Part shown: positions 27,177 to 40,589 of the stretch, piece by piece
Position numbering within the stretch: position 1 is the stretch's first letter
How the letters are laid out: the number at the start of each line of letters is the position of its first letter
Source of the DNA: Fimbriosthenelais zetlandica
Taxonomy: Eukaryota
DNA: 64,000 nt
Assembly (NCBI GenBank): GCA_977030845.1
Contig: OZ365113.1
Location: 12,028,001 to 12,092,000, forward strand
Direction of reading: 5' to 3'
The notes under the pieces: generated by a model
What the model was told of the DNA's origin: nothing
What the model saw: the letters and a program-made list of their open reading frames with translations, nothing else
Database searches by the model: none
Program-made: the position numbers and the translations under genes

Positions 27177-30100
27177 TTTCATTTACCTTAATATAAGAAA
27201 TTCAGTGGGATTTTCAACAATGAATGAGATCAATGCTCCAAATTCTCATTTTTATAATGAGAAAATATTAAAAGAAAGTTAGCGGGAACGATTTATCGCT
27301 TTCTCAACAATAAAGAGCATGTACATGACCTGTCTAGGGGCTATCCATGTTGTAACGACCTGCAAGCTAACATCAAACTCTTTGCTACAATTACCTCAGA
27401 CGAGTTACTTTTTCTTATCTTGGTGATTATTGATGAAGCAGTCCATCAAAGCTCCTACCGAAGCTGAGACATTTTTAGCGGCTGTAAAAGATCGATGGTC
27501 AGAGTTTAAAAGGCAATATTTCAGCTGGTAAACATCTGACAGACAGATCAAAATGTTAGTTTTTCATGGAGTGGGCACAGTATTTTATGATCGGACACAT
27601 ATGAGGGTACAGATTTTAAGAACACGTCCCTCGCACGTCCTTATTATTTCAGATTCCATTCGCTTTGAAATTTAAGTCCTTGGCTTTTGTCTTTTTCCAA
27701 CAATGAGTTCAAGGAAGGATTAGTCAGTCTGACCTAACCAATTTTCATCGGGACTCCTTGTTTTCTCCCATCTGAACCCATTAAGTCATTTGGCAATGCT
27801 TTGATCATTAACGTCACTGATTAAACTGGAATCAGAGTATCAAATTCAGATGATGAACGTCAGAGTAATGACGTAAAAAGTGAAATAAAATCTCGATTCA
27901 CTTCTTTTTGTGGTTTTCACGTAAAAGAAGCCAAACAGTGAAATTACTTTTCCCTGCAAAATCCATCAGTACTTTGCTGATTGCCCAGAGGCTATAATTT
28001 AAATAATATAACTGAAATGCTTCACTTTCTGAGGTAGGACATTCTGCTACGTGTGTGGGGAAACATGTGGTAATGTGTGTGTTTGGAAAGAGGGCGAACT
28101 TTCTAACGTAAAGTGCCCTAAATCCGTCAGGGTCCTTAATAGCGTCAGTAAAATTCAAGCTTGCATTTTGAGTACAAATTTAGCTTAAACGTGTTTTTTT
28201 GTGCTAAATGCATATAGAATTCCCATCTACATCCAACAAGTTACTGTTTGTCTCCAGTGAAAATCCCGGATGCAAACCAACTATACATAAATTTTCACTA
28301 TTAGGACCCTCACTATATTAGGGTACATTACGTTACTATTGATACTGGCAGGTGAAAACATGTACCTTGTAGTAACCCCAACTCCCACCCAACGCCAGTA
28401 AGGTTTCCATATCTGCCTTTCTGCAACAGGTACATATCACGTAGTATTAATATCCGGTGTTAATATTTTGAGATGTCTAGCATCGTGTCGCCACCAATAT
28501 TCTTGACATCTTGCAACAGGTGCGATTGTTGCCCTGTAATTACAACGCGGGCATGTAGTGTAGTTAACTTTCCTCATTTATACCTTTACTTCCGCTGAAG
28601 TCCATTCCATGCCCCAGGGCCCCCAACCAGGATTAAGCAAGAGTGAGACAGGATTGCTCCCAGTCGTCAGGTATTTGATTGGGGGATCCTCTTGTCCAGT
28701 TACCATGAAATCAGAAAGATAACCCCCTCCGGCACTCAGCTTCATTCTGCCCCGTGGTCGATAATGGAGCACCCCCGGGTCATCGCACAATCATTGCCAT
28801 CCTGACCGATAAAGATCCACCACCAGTACATGACTTCAGGTCACCGATGAGTTGATGATAAATCCACGAGTTTTGGCAGATGAGAACGAGTTGGGAATTG
28901 CATGCATATTCTTAGTATCCTATCCACCTCTGATGATTGCCTGGCTGGCATTCCTCAGGTCTTAGCATGGAGGCATTCCTTGGCATCTCAGAGATAAAGA
29001 GGTAATAGATCAGCGGCTATCACAATTCAACCATGAGTTACATCTGCATGGTCCAAAGATGCCCTTTTATATTAGCTGCCATATCACATTGGCTACCAAT
29101 GTTTCAGAGTGCCGACTTAGCATCGCTGAACATTAATAATTATTGTTCTATGACGTTCTGAATAATAATTTGAAAACTCTTGCACCCTCCTTTGGATCTT
29201 CTATCGTAGAGTCTAGAATTCATTCTGCTTAAAAAGATTTTTGACTTTCAAAGTAGAAAATGTTTAACTAGTGTTAGACTAGGCCCAGGTTTCGCGGAAA
29301 TGAATAGGATTACACTATTCTGAACTATTACTATATCTTCTGAACGTTCTGGGTTCATAGACGGAGCAATCCCTGGACACTCCTGGGCAGTCTGGGTGAC
29401 CGGACTCTACTCATGCATTCTTGGACAATTCTCAAATTGATCTTGCCACAGTATGCTGGGATAAATGTTGACACTACATAACTGCTGACATAACTTGCCA
29501 GTTCAAATGAAGAGACTTGCCAGGAGACCTGTAAAGAGACTTATTCAACAGCTAGATTTCTGTCCTGCATGGTGTCCCCCACTGAATGAAAAAGAGGGTA
29601 CAGTGAGTATCTCTAAACAAAACGGAGGGCGTCCCCGTGTTCATTTGCCTGCAGGGCCTGCTTCTCTTGCGGACCGGTAGAGGGCTTTGGAATGCTCCTC
29701 CGGAGTGTGTATTGATCAGTGTAGAAGCTGTTGTTCGCGCCTGGAGAGGCGTCTATAAAGAGTCTGATCTGAGGCCTACCTTGAACCAATACAACCAATA
29801 GAGCTTGGTGAGGAAACACAGGAGGTGTATGGTCTAGGAGAGTGGACAGTGTGTGTGAGGAGGAGTTGATTGTATGAGTGGGAAGCCACTCATTGTATGT
29901 AAATGTGGCTTCATACAGAAAGCTTTACACAAGCATACATCCACATCCATGCACTGGAGGACCTCTCTTCCTCCAGTGGACAGCAGTTCCACGTACAGCT
30001 GTACAATACAATAAGCTTCACCACAGTAGCATTTCTCACTGCAAATCAGTTTTCCTTCATAACATAAAGGAGCGTAGTGGAGAATCCAAGTGACAGTTTT

Positions 30101-30963
30101 CATTGTTGGCATTTTTATTGATTCAATTTTTGGCCAATTTGTCTTTTGCTGGACCTGCAGAAAGCAGGCACTTGCCCCTAAAACTAGGCACTCCGGCAGT
30201 TGTGACAAGAATAGGTGACAACATTGTCGCAAAGAACCCATTACAGGAATGGAGTCCCATGAATAGACCACTGTAAATTTAATTATAAATGAGAAGACAG
30301 GAGTAGAAGTGCTTCCTCTAACAAGACCTCGAGGAGAGCAGCAGACGAAACAATTATACTGACACAGCTGTCCCTGAGATAGAAAGCAAAACAATTACCA
30401 GCATTTTCTACGGTTATAGAGCTTGGCATTGGGCTGGCTAACAATGCAGCCTATCCTGTACACTATGTGAGCCACACGCCAATATCCTGCTGCCCCTGAC
30501 CCTCACACACTCTATCTTTGCTGGGATTCAGAAAGGTTTATGTCACACGGCGCGATTGACTCTGTCGTTACATTCTGGGCCTGCTTCTCCAGGCGCACTG
30601 CTGCATTCCCCCACACAATCACCATACTTTCTGCCTATCACATCATCCAAGTTCAACTGCCAGGAGAATCACATGCCAGGCCAGTCTACTAACAACTCCC
30701 ATTGCTACAAAAGACTAAAGTAAGCAAGGAGTTAGCTACTCACAGACTGCTTTTTCATTAAGCCAGGAATACTCCAGTGGCTATAACAGGTATAACACCC
30801 ACCATACATCATTTTAAATTAGATTTTGTTCAGCTGGAACCAGAAAGTCCCACAGAAGAGCAACTCTGCAATTGCTCACGTCGTCCTTGGGGCTACAGTT
30901 TTTCTTAATTGACCTGGATTCTTCACTGGTCTTGTTGGCTTTTCCCTTGTCCCCTTGATTACC

Positions 30964-31144
30964 ATGGCATGGTCGAGGGTGGGCAGGTTGCGTCGCTGGG
31001 GTCCCTATGCCGGGGTGCTGGTGACGGCAGCCATGCTGACAATTTCCTCCAATATCGCCCACATGGAGCAAGAGGATCTGTACACAGCCTCCGTGATTGA
31101 TGTTGACACTATCTATGAGGGCCACCATTGGAGAGACACTGCTG
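30964..31144 (+). CDS. CHST11-like: Carbohydrate sulfotransferase (CHST11-14 family), coding exon 1: cytoplasmic tail, signal anchor and start of stem
   Basis: accATGg start at 30964, with an in-frame TGA upstream at 30910. Encodes MAWSRVGRLRRWGPYAGVLVTAAMLTISSNIA..., a basic N-tail followed by a hydrophobic segment as in type II Golgi proteins. Ends at G|GTAAGT donor (GT at 31145), phase 1. Confidence 0.85.
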
Positions 31145-33222
31145 GTAAGTCTTAGTCCTTTTTTAACACTATTCATCAGCTTCAATATTACATCAAAATT
31201 GGATGTCTCATTAATCTTTGTCAAGCTGCCTTTAAATGTTCCTTAATCTTTTATAATATCCCTTCATGGCGAAGGCAGTGTATAGTGGTGATAAAAGGCT
31301 TTGAGTGACTGGGCACCTGTATTTCCAGGCTTCACGTTAGTTTATGTCGTCAAAAATTGAAAACCTGCCTGATAAAGTATGTACATAAGAATCCCTGACT
31401 TGTCATCATGGAAATTCACTTGAATTAGGCCTATGTAACAGCCTCCTGCAGGCTGATAGTGTATGAAAAGTAGAAGTTAGAAGGAGTAACATTTTGAATT
31501 CTTAGTTAGAAAGTGCGTATTTTAGAAAAAAAAACAACCTGCATTATAAGCTCATACTACAATATGCCGTAAAAGCAATGATCCACTTCACTTTAGCAAA
31601 ACCCGTATTATCCCAGGCTGCTATTGGGCACATGATGACACCTCTGAAGCAACCATACCACCCTCTGCTACACAACTATTCATTCGTGTTTGTAACACAA
31701 TCTTGCCTTAGTCTAAGAGGTTAAATGAAAGCTTGACATAAGCTAAAGCAGATTAATAACATACGCTCGTTGCTTAGATACACTGTCATCTCGATATAGG
31801 GAGGGGTAGCCCATCTTTTCTTCCCTCCATTTGGCCAATAGTAAAATCACGCCTTCAGCAATAAATGATTGCCGTGATTTGGGGTGGAAAAAGAAAAAAA
31901 TAAGCTGATCCAATTGTATGCTTAGTAGGACTAGATCTCCATTCGGTCAATGATAGCCTGTCATTCCGTGAGGTGACCGGATGGCCTCAATTAAGGCGCC
32001 CATTCTGCTGTTCCATGCTGGTTCAATTCCCCAAGCATTCTTTATCATTGTTTTTCTCCTTCCTGTGCTATTAACTCAGTTAAACGAAGGGCCATCCATG
32101 TCTCGCATTGTCCGTCATGAGAAGCTTGTAAATTAGTAAAGGATATTGCTGCTGTTCAAGAAGAGTTGACCGGACCATTGAGGTCTGATATCGTATTTCC
32201 TCCTCGCTATAATATGGTGCAGAGTTCCCGGGCCTGTTTCATTACCATAGGTTAAAGCATTGTTTCGATGTTATACGTATTGTAGGGCCATTAAAAGGCG
32301 AGGAAAGATAATTTCATAAGGCGGTTGGTGACTTTCTATCTTTCCATTGGTTGGTTCTATCACTCCATTGGTTGGTAGCACTAACCATGACTGGCTAGAT
32401 TATGACTGGAGGCTGCTGTCATGAATTATTGCCTTTATTACCTGCTTCATGACTATCCGGGGAGGTGTTATCAATCGCTAGCCAAGCATTCATCTCCCGG
32501 CGCAGCTAGCGAGAAATCCAGCCTTATTATGTGATAATGAAACTCTGAAATAAGGGGTGACGAGTGAATTATTCCATCTCGTTAGATTATTATTCCCCTA
32601 CCTTAATGGCTTGTTTCTTGATGTATTGCTCAACTTCCACTGGACTGATATGATGAATGAAATAGCCAAATACCTTCCCTCTGAACGTAATGCCCTAAAT
32701 GGGCAGGGCTATAAGCAATGCGGTCCCAGCGTTCAGATTTACCGCAAACCGTTCATCTCAATAATAAGGGTTGTATGTTTTGGTGAGGATGGTTCAAAGA
32801 GGGATTGGATTGAATCCAATAGGGATTTTCTGCTACTAGTTTGGGATCAGGTGTCTCTCATGACTGCAGCTCAATTCATGCCTAATGAAACACCACAAAA
32901 CGAGGTAAATCTGACTTTATAATCTGCTGGGACCAGCCAACTGACGTCTGCCTATGAGAGATAGGCTTTTTTCATCTCTTCCTCCAACGACGTTTTCTGA
33001 GCCACAGCCGAGAGGGAAGATCCTGGTATTAGCGCTTCAACATCAATCAAATTGTTTTTTTTTTTATAAGTTTCCCTATATAGCCAGACTCGCACGTGTT
33101 TTGATGGGAAGCAAAGTAGCAGGGAAATGATGGATAATACCTGCATGTTTTTATTGCTATCGATATATAATATAAAAGGTGCCCTCTGTTGCCCGATTTT
33201 CGCTGCTACATTTGCTGTAGGC

Positions 33223-33225
<3 letters not shown>

Positions 33226-33283
<58 letters not shown>
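33226..33283. repeat. (TA)29 microsatellite in CHST intron 1
   Basis: Seen directly; ends ~60 nt before the exon 2 acceptor. Confidence 0.95.
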
Positions 33284-33289
<6 letters not shown>

Positions 33290-33345
33290 CATGTATAATA
33301 GTAGCAACTTATAGTAATGCCAATTTAACAATTGTCTAATTACAG

Positions 33346-33443
33346 ATACCTCATTAAATGAAAGTTTGACGACAGGACCGTTGCCTATCATTCAGGGCTG
33401 TAAAACGCCATATCCAGATATAAAGGAGATGAACCATACCCAG
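33346..33443 (+). CDS. CHST11-like: Carbohydrate sulfotransferase, coding exon 2 (98 nt, stem region)
   Basis: Acceptor ctaattacAG| and donor CAG|GTAAGA. Open in the phase-1 entry frame (D-TSLNESLTTGPLPIIQGCKTPYPDIKEMNHTQ) and exits in phase 0, which bridges exon 1 (phase 1) to exon 3 (phase 0). Not in the ORF track. Confidence 0.8.
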
Positions 33444-33811
33444 GTAAGAATCAGCCAGGTTTTTCAATTTCAATATTGAAGAAAAGTCTGATACCGATTC
33501 CCACCATATATTCTACATTTTTTCTAAACTTAGACTAACATCAAATATTTCATATATATCAAACTACACATGTGCATAATTCACATTGGCTTTTCGTCGT
33601 TCCTTCAGACTTGGACTCAAGTTTCATGAGAAAGGCGAAGCTCGCGCCAATTTTAAATCTTTCATGTTAGACATTAAAGGACATCTGAGCAAATAGATTC
33701 TAGCAGCCATTTGCTTATAGGGACTTTTATCTTTAATATGCTTGTAGTGAAAAACCTTCTACTCTACTGTGTGGCCTTTTAATGGCGTCGCCTAATTTTT
33801 TGGTCTTGTAG

Positions 33812-34708
33812 GACAAGAGGCTTCGGGAAATGTGGAGAAACTGCAACCGATGTACAACGACTGTTGCCCCCCATATGACGTCACATCCCTCCAACGTGAC
33901 GTCATGTGGATGGCAGAAGCGCATGCTCGTTCCAAAGATGCTGAATAACCTGCTGGTGGATGACAAACATCAAGTGATGTATTGTGTCATCCCAAAGGTT
34001 GCTTGTACCAATTGGAAAAGAGCTCTGGTTAAACTATCAGCAAGAGTAAACAGTAGTGACGAAGAATCGCTCCGAGTCCTCGATGTACATGATGAAGTCC
34101 TGCTCAATCAGATAGGACTGAGATACCTGAGTACATACCCTTTACAAGAGATCAGACAGAGAATGGAAACCTATTACAAATTTATGTTTGTCAGACATCC
34201 ATTAGAGAGGCTCCTTTCAGCCTATAGGGATAAGTTTATACAGCACAACAAATGGAATGAACATTTCCAGCTAAAATATGGAAGGAAAATAGTGAAAACA
34301 CACCGTAGAAACCCAACTGAAGAGTCGCTGCAAGCGGGTCATGATGTCGCATTCCAAGAGTTTGTGCACTTTGTTATTGACACGTCATATTCTGGGCGAC
34401 CACAAAACCCCCACTGGGCATCATACTATGACCTCTGTCATCCTTGTTCTATTAGGTATGACTTTGTAGGACGTTTTGAGACATTTAAAGAGGATTCCTC
34501 ATATATGCTGAGCAAACTTTCTGGCAGTGCTTGTCCTCCTGATTTTCCTAATTTAAGGCCATCGAGGGCGTCAACACGACAAGTATTAATAGATTATTAT
34601 AACCAGATTTCAAAAGCTGACATATCAAAAATAGTTCAAATTTTCCTTCCCGATTTCATAATGTTCGGTTATGACCTTAACTTTGCAGATTACCTTAAAA
34701 AGAATTAA
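33812..34708 (+). CDS. CHST11-like: Carbohydrate sulfotransferase, coding exon 3 (luminal catalytic Sulfotransfer_2 domain)
   Basis: Acceptor ttttttggtcttgtAG| in phase 0 (DKRLREMWRNC...). Contains the 5'-PSB motif IPKVACTNWKR, the 3'-PB motif FMFVRHPLERLLSAYRDKF, and HW...LCHPC.IRYDFVGRFET..ED, all typical of CHST11/12/13/14. Stop TAA ends at 34708. The exact orthologue cannot be resolved by eye. Confidence 0.95.
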   Translation, partial: DKRLREMWRNCNRCTTTVAPHMTSHPSNVTSCGWQKRMLVPKMLNNLLVDDKHQVMYCVIPKVACTNWKRALVKLSARVNSSDEESLRVLDVHDEVLLNQIGLRYLSTYPLQEIRQRMETYYKFMFVRHPLERLLSAYRDKFIQHNKWNEHFQLKYGRKIVKTHRRNPTEESLQAGHDVAFQEFVHFVIDTSYSGRPQNPHWASYYDLCHPCSIRYDFVGRFETFKEDSSYMLSKLSGSACPPDFPNLRPSRASTRQVLIDYYNQISKADISKIVQIFLPDFIMFGYDLNFADYLKKN

Positions 34709-35099
34709 ACAGATCCACGAGCCATTTCAATTAATATCTGCATATCTGATCACGGGCGACACTGTAGCATTCCATGAGAGAAAGTAATACAAAAATATCG
34801 TACCAATTTAAAAGATTTATGGCCCTTTCAAGACAACCTCCATATCTGTCAGTTGAATGCTGAATATCCCTATTTACCCATGTGATACCTAGTGCAGTGC
34901 GATAAGTCGGCGGCACAGTGGGAGATTAATTGCTGATAATTGAAGCTTTTTCACCGAAGCTTGAAGAAGAAAGCTCCCTGATGAAGTCAGTGACTAATGC
35001 CTTTTACGAAGATGTGACGTAAACAATAGAAGAGACATCCCCTTCGTCCCTGCTGACTCTGGCCCATCCTTCATTTGCCATGGAAGGTGATTGGTGGTT

Positions 35100-35915
35100 T
35101 GGGATGCCTCTCTTGCGCATCTTCACAGGATATTGCCAGGGAAATTCGCAAGAAATTATCCCAAGTCGTTTATCATTGCTCGCCGGGAGAGTATAAGTCT
35201 CTCGGCAGCAAGGAAAATCGATGATCATTGGATCTAACTAAGCATTAATGTGTTGTATCAGGCAGGGAGATGCGTGACTAATACATCCAACTAACACGAC
35301 CATCGGCAAGCCTTTTCCCACGTGGTTCCACCAACCAAGAGAATGATTGTCTGCCTCTATCCATCCAGAAACTTATTTCTACGTAAAGTTTTAATAGATT
35401 GGGCCTCAAGTTTTTGCTTCGCTGGGATCCATCAAACCAACTTGTCAATAATCATCTTGTTGTGCGCCTTAAAAGTCCAATTGCAGGATATTGATGTAAG
35501 CCGTTTTGTTTGCTTGCATCTTCTCTGCTTAGGTTGAATTTTTATGTCCACAAGTTTCCCCAGAATACTCCCCATTCCCTTTGATGCCGAGCGAATGAAG
35601 ATCAATGGGTTTCCCCGGAACAAAAACACATGAAATGATAGTTGGCCCAGTTAGATACGAAAAACACTGAACTGGTTCCTGATTTAAACGCTGAGCAGAG
35701 AATAAAACCAATTGAACACGTGTAATTTCCCCCATCAGATGTGGTGATTTAAATGTCATTATTCCCTCTTGTAAATAACTCGGCCTATTCCTTGTTCATT
35801 TTCCAGCCCCCTTTTGATATCAGCAACACGTTTTTGATAATGACTGTTATTTTTCTGTCAAACAAGTTACAATCCTGAGATTCATCAGAAATCATTATTC
35901 TCTGGGGAGTCCCCC
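35100..35915 (-). mobile_element. Decayed non-LTR retrotransposon (CR1/L2-like) RT C-terminal fragment
   Basis: Across frameshifts on the minus strand, in the order expected for LINE RT domain 4 through the post-RT region: GTPQ, QDCNLFD, VQLVLFS..LNQEPVQCFSYL.G.TI, IRSASKGMGSILGKL, CNW..HNK.IIDKL, LSRR...DL. Confidence 0.45.
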
Positions 35916-38900
35916 TCAATATTGTTTGAATTGTAAGTTGATGTTTTTGAAAATAAATAAAGATAACTCCAGGTAAAGTCAGTATTGCTCTTTTTTTTCT
36001 GGCATTTAAATCAGTTGGGTCTAATTAATTTGTATATTTTTCAGCATTCTATCCTGAGTGGAAAGTGGACTTTCCTTATTCAGATTAAATGTTAATATTA
36101 TTATAAATTATGCTCTTGCATGAGCCTGTTTCAATATTGTGAAAATATCTGGTTTTGAAAGCTATTACCCTACAATTCCACTATACAGTTGGAAGCATGG
36201 CAGCATGGAATTGGAACTGGGTGCTGCAATTGATAGGTCCTTTATGAGAATTGCTGCAAGGCGTGGCTTTACTGCAACAGTTTGGCCTGCCCTCATTGAG
36301 CTTTAAGGCATTTGGATTCCCATCATATCGCCTACCTAATTGGGGATTTTGGCCACATTTCCTTTCCTTACATTTAACCCACCGTCCTGCATTTTGTTGC
36401 TGAGCCTTATGTCAGAGGCGTATTGAGGAAAGTTAAGACAGCCAAGTTATTGGGTGTGCAAGTCATGTCAGACTCAATCTATGGCGTGCAATATATCTGT
36501 CCATTCGCTTGCCACCAAGATGTTTAGAATTGACAGTATGGCAGAAGGCGGGTTACTGAGGTCCTCGTGGGTATTTGAGACAGGGGCATCAATAGGTTAT
36601 CCCCTTTCAGGTAGACCCCTAGTCACCAGAGTTAGCCCTATATACCGAGCGTCTTGATTGGCGTGTCATTCCCTGCGCTGTTTGAGAAGCCAAATGAGAA
36701 TCAACTGATCAAATATGCAGGCCATCACTTCCCCTTCCTGGACACTCATTAGACCTGAGACCTGGAAGCAGTCATGTGGCTGGATCACGTCCTCAGATGT
36801 ACGTGCGTCTACACTTTCTGAAATAGGTCGTTGTTTCTGTAATGGTATGGCTAAATGAAATCTGCAGATCCATTTATTGACAGATAAGACGGGCAGGTAC
36901 AATCGTCTGTACATGCACAAGCAGAATTCAATCAGCTCTCAGGACCTTTCTTACAGTTTATCCGAATATCCACACTTGCACTAACAGGCTTTTGGTTTTA
37001 AAGGATATGTGATTAAATCCGTTATTAGCTGGCCGTGTCTTTGAGTTGTAGGCATGACAGGGACTTTACATGGGTATTTATATATGAAAATGTATATACA
37101 TTTTCAATATACATTTCCATATATATGTGAAAGAATCTTGATATGTATAAGAACAATATCTTGGGATATTGGTTCTTGGCTCCGGTACACCCAGTGGTCC
37201 GTCCTTGTGATACATTTTCTCCGTTCTTTTAACCATGCTTTCCATCAAGCCAAAAAGCCTACTCTATCCCGTGTTTTCGTTACAGACTGAGCCCAAGAGT
37301 ACCAGATGGTTCTTCGTGACCTCTATCCTCCCTGACCGTTTTCTTGCCCTTGTGATCAGTCTTTTCGCTTTACAGGCAAGTGCGGTCTGCTATGTTCCTT
37401 TGTGATTGGATCCAGGAGACTGTACAATAAAGTTCTGTTGGTAATCAGCAAGGTTTAATGTATGACCTGTTTTTTTTCTGTATCGTTTCCGGACAACTTC
37501 CAGGCACTTGGAATAGCAGACTTTACTCGTTGCTCAGCAATTAAGACAGTAATGCCTCATCGTATAACCGGCATGAGTCAGTTTCTGTCCATGCAGTTTG
37601 ATTTTCAATCTACTCACTAATATGCCATAATTTAGGCCACCCACCTTGGAAGGGGCCTTTTGTTGACCCTGTATAATATGTGCTATTTCTTGTCCCCCAT
37701 TGCATTTTCAGAATATCACACCCATCTCATGAACATCCTGAACTGCCCCCGTAATTCCCAAATGGTATTTTGAGTCAAGAAGTATAATATAGGGCTACTA
37801 TATCTGATAACTGCGACTGAGAGGTTTCCTTATGCGTTAGATTAGCTCGAGATCAAGCATCCCACAAAGTGTCCCATAAAGTCATGTTAGAAAGGAGTAA
37901 GTAGGATCTATATATCTGTCAAGAATTCTTAGTATGATTTGGTCTGGTTTGAGATGGGTGCTACTGACATAAAGGTTAGACTAAAGAGAAGCATAGAAGT
38001 AGGATGACTCCAGCCAAGAGCCTCATGCTTCAATGCATGGCTTGCAGGACTGAAACAATATACTGGGCATCTCTATGCATAGAAAGTTGCATATATTATA
38101 ATTATTGATTGTGTTTATGCTGTAGACAATCTTCCCTTTCCTCCATTGGAATGCGGAAAACTGCATGCAAAGACCAATAGTTATTCACGTAAATGGTTTA
38201 TGGAACCATTTGCGTCTAGTATGGACATTACCAAGCGCAACCAATGACGTTTAGCTATATACCGATGAGGAAGGAAAACTCTGAAAGGCCTTACTATTTT
38301 AGTGCTTAAAGATAAGTGGCTTAGGTGGCTGTAGCAAGAGCAGTGGATTGTCCTGCTTGTACAATAGCAGTGGAAAGACAACAGCTCAAGCTGAGTATAC
38401 AGCGCATACAGCTAAATTGCCCTCCATTCCTGCTTGTTCCCATCCCACGTTAGAAAGCCCATAGGGGAGTATGTGCTTCTCTAAGTACCCTCATATAACT
38501 ATACGTATGGGACTTGGGAAAAGAACGGACCTCAACAGAGAATCCCTTACTCAAACATGCCCCCAAAGGAACAGAGAAATGGAAAACTAACGAACGTTGA
38601 GAGAGATAATTGATAAAAGGTTCCCATGATGCCTGATTGTCTCGAAGAAATAATCAATTTTTCGTCAATGACTCACAGAGCTTATTGGAAAGAAAAGGCA
38701 CCTGATTGCACACATGAAACCGATCTGGGTTAATCCCTTGCCCTGGAGGGTTCAATTCCTTTCTGGCTGAAGAAGTGCCATTTTGTTATCATAATATTTT
38801 ATCCCAAATTATTTACAATACATATAAAGCTTAAATGAGCACATGTCTGTACATGACAAACAGATGGTATATAGAAGTTGTAAAGGGAGAAACTTTAAAT

Positions 38901-40589
38901 ATTATAAAATAATCTAATATAATATAGGCAAGGAAGGATTAATTTCTCATTCATATTCCAAACAGGGTATCTTACATACATGTAGGCATATATTTTATGT
39001 AGCTGTAAACTCTCTCCTCCTAGCTGCATGGTCAATTTTAATACACATCATACCATATCCCCAACCAACAGACCTAGGCCTATATAAGCCAGTAAAATTG
39101 TTGCTCCGTGAAATCAAAGAATTGATTAGAAGATGTATGTGCAAGCTATATACCAAGTCCCTATACAATGTACATGTAAACAAGTGTTATATCTGACTAA
39201 TGATGTTTTGCTACCCAAGCTATCAGGCAATATCCTGCCTATATTGTCCTCAAACTGAAAGTTATCCTTAACATCTAGTGGTATCCAGGCCCTTGCCAAA
39301 AAGAAAAAAAAAGACTGCTTCAGTCGCCATGTCACACAAATCTCATTAGCAAGCGTAGCTTTAGTAATCTATTGCCTTAATTAAAGCTCCAGCAATACAT
39401 CTTGGTAGAATTGTCCATGGCATTGCTTCCAAGTTCCATGATTCCTGGGACGAGACTTGACTTTCTCGTAAGTATTGCTTCATAGAAATCATCAGGAAAA
39501 CTGCTGGAGATAGTTCTCTTTCGACTATCAGTCAGTGTGTGTAATGCTTGTTTGATTTTGTTCATCATTTTTCATGAAATGAAATGAAATATGACTGTCT
39601 CGCTATCATGAGTCTTTTATGTGCCATTAATCATTTATTGTTTATTGCTGAGTGATTTTTTCCCGGTCAGACATGAGTAATCAGAACTTTAATTAGAGCC
39701 ATCATCTAAGCATTATAAACGGGGTCGAGCCAATGTAATTACTCCTACCCAGACGAAGATATTAATCAAGACTGAAACATCATATTAATTGATGTTCGGT
39801 TTGATGTATAACATTGTCTATTTCTGATAGGAGTTAAGTACAGTGTTGCTTAAAATTTCGTCTGACATGCACTAACGCTGGCATATATCAAGCCTACGTC
39901 AGGGTTAGCAGTATAGGGAAATATTTCCATGACACGGGCACCAGTTGAGTGACCTACTTAAGTAGGTCCCTATAGGTGTTACTGTAGAATAGGGAAATGT
40001 TTCCATGAAACAGGCTTCAATCTCACTTAAATTTGTCCTGAACCATGTAGATGATTAACCAAGACCAAAATCGTCTAAACTCACGTAGTTATGCTCTGAA
40101 GTATTGGAATGGATCCAATCATATGAGCTATAATCTGAAGCTATCTATACCACTCTAAAATACTTTCTGCAGATATTTATCCCACTCCAAAGTACTTGTT
40201 ACCAGACTATCAATGCCAACATTCTTATATAGCTCCCTCACACCCTAACAGAAGCCAACAGAGGATGGGAAGGTATTGTATTTCTGGCAGCACCTGACTC
40301 TGAACAAGTATGTGCCTTGCCATCAAGCAGCCAGTCGCCGCCTACAACTGACTCCTTGTTTGCCTTGTAATATGGCGTCGATCCCAGTACATAGGGGTGT
40401 CCCTGTCCGGAATCATGTTGGCACGTCGACCGGGTGTCCACTGGCCTGTGCAAACAGAGCCTTCGACTCGCTGTTTTCATAGCTATATACTCAGCAAGAG
40501 TTGACTTGATTGGAGGCTTTCTGCCAGTCCATGGTCTGACATTTGGTAGGATCATAGAGTGCACAGTACATGGCATTTTGTGTCATTTC

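Noticed and set aside
29834-31224. 186-aa and 136-aa minus-strand ORFs
   Set aside because: No recognisable domain; non-ATG or weak starts; the 136-aa ORF is the antisense shadow of CHST exon 1.
33127-33391. YIYIYI ORFs
   Set aside because: Translation of the (TA)n microsatellite in CHST intron 1.
33830-34708. Treating the 292-aa ORF as a complete single-exon gene
   Set aside because: It lacks a signal anchor, is bounded by a splice acceptor 18 nt upstream, and joins in frame to two upstream exons.
34978-34998. CTGATGA followed by a small stem (hammerhead ribozyme-like core)
   Set aside because: The required GAAA after stem II is absent, and I found no stems I/III.
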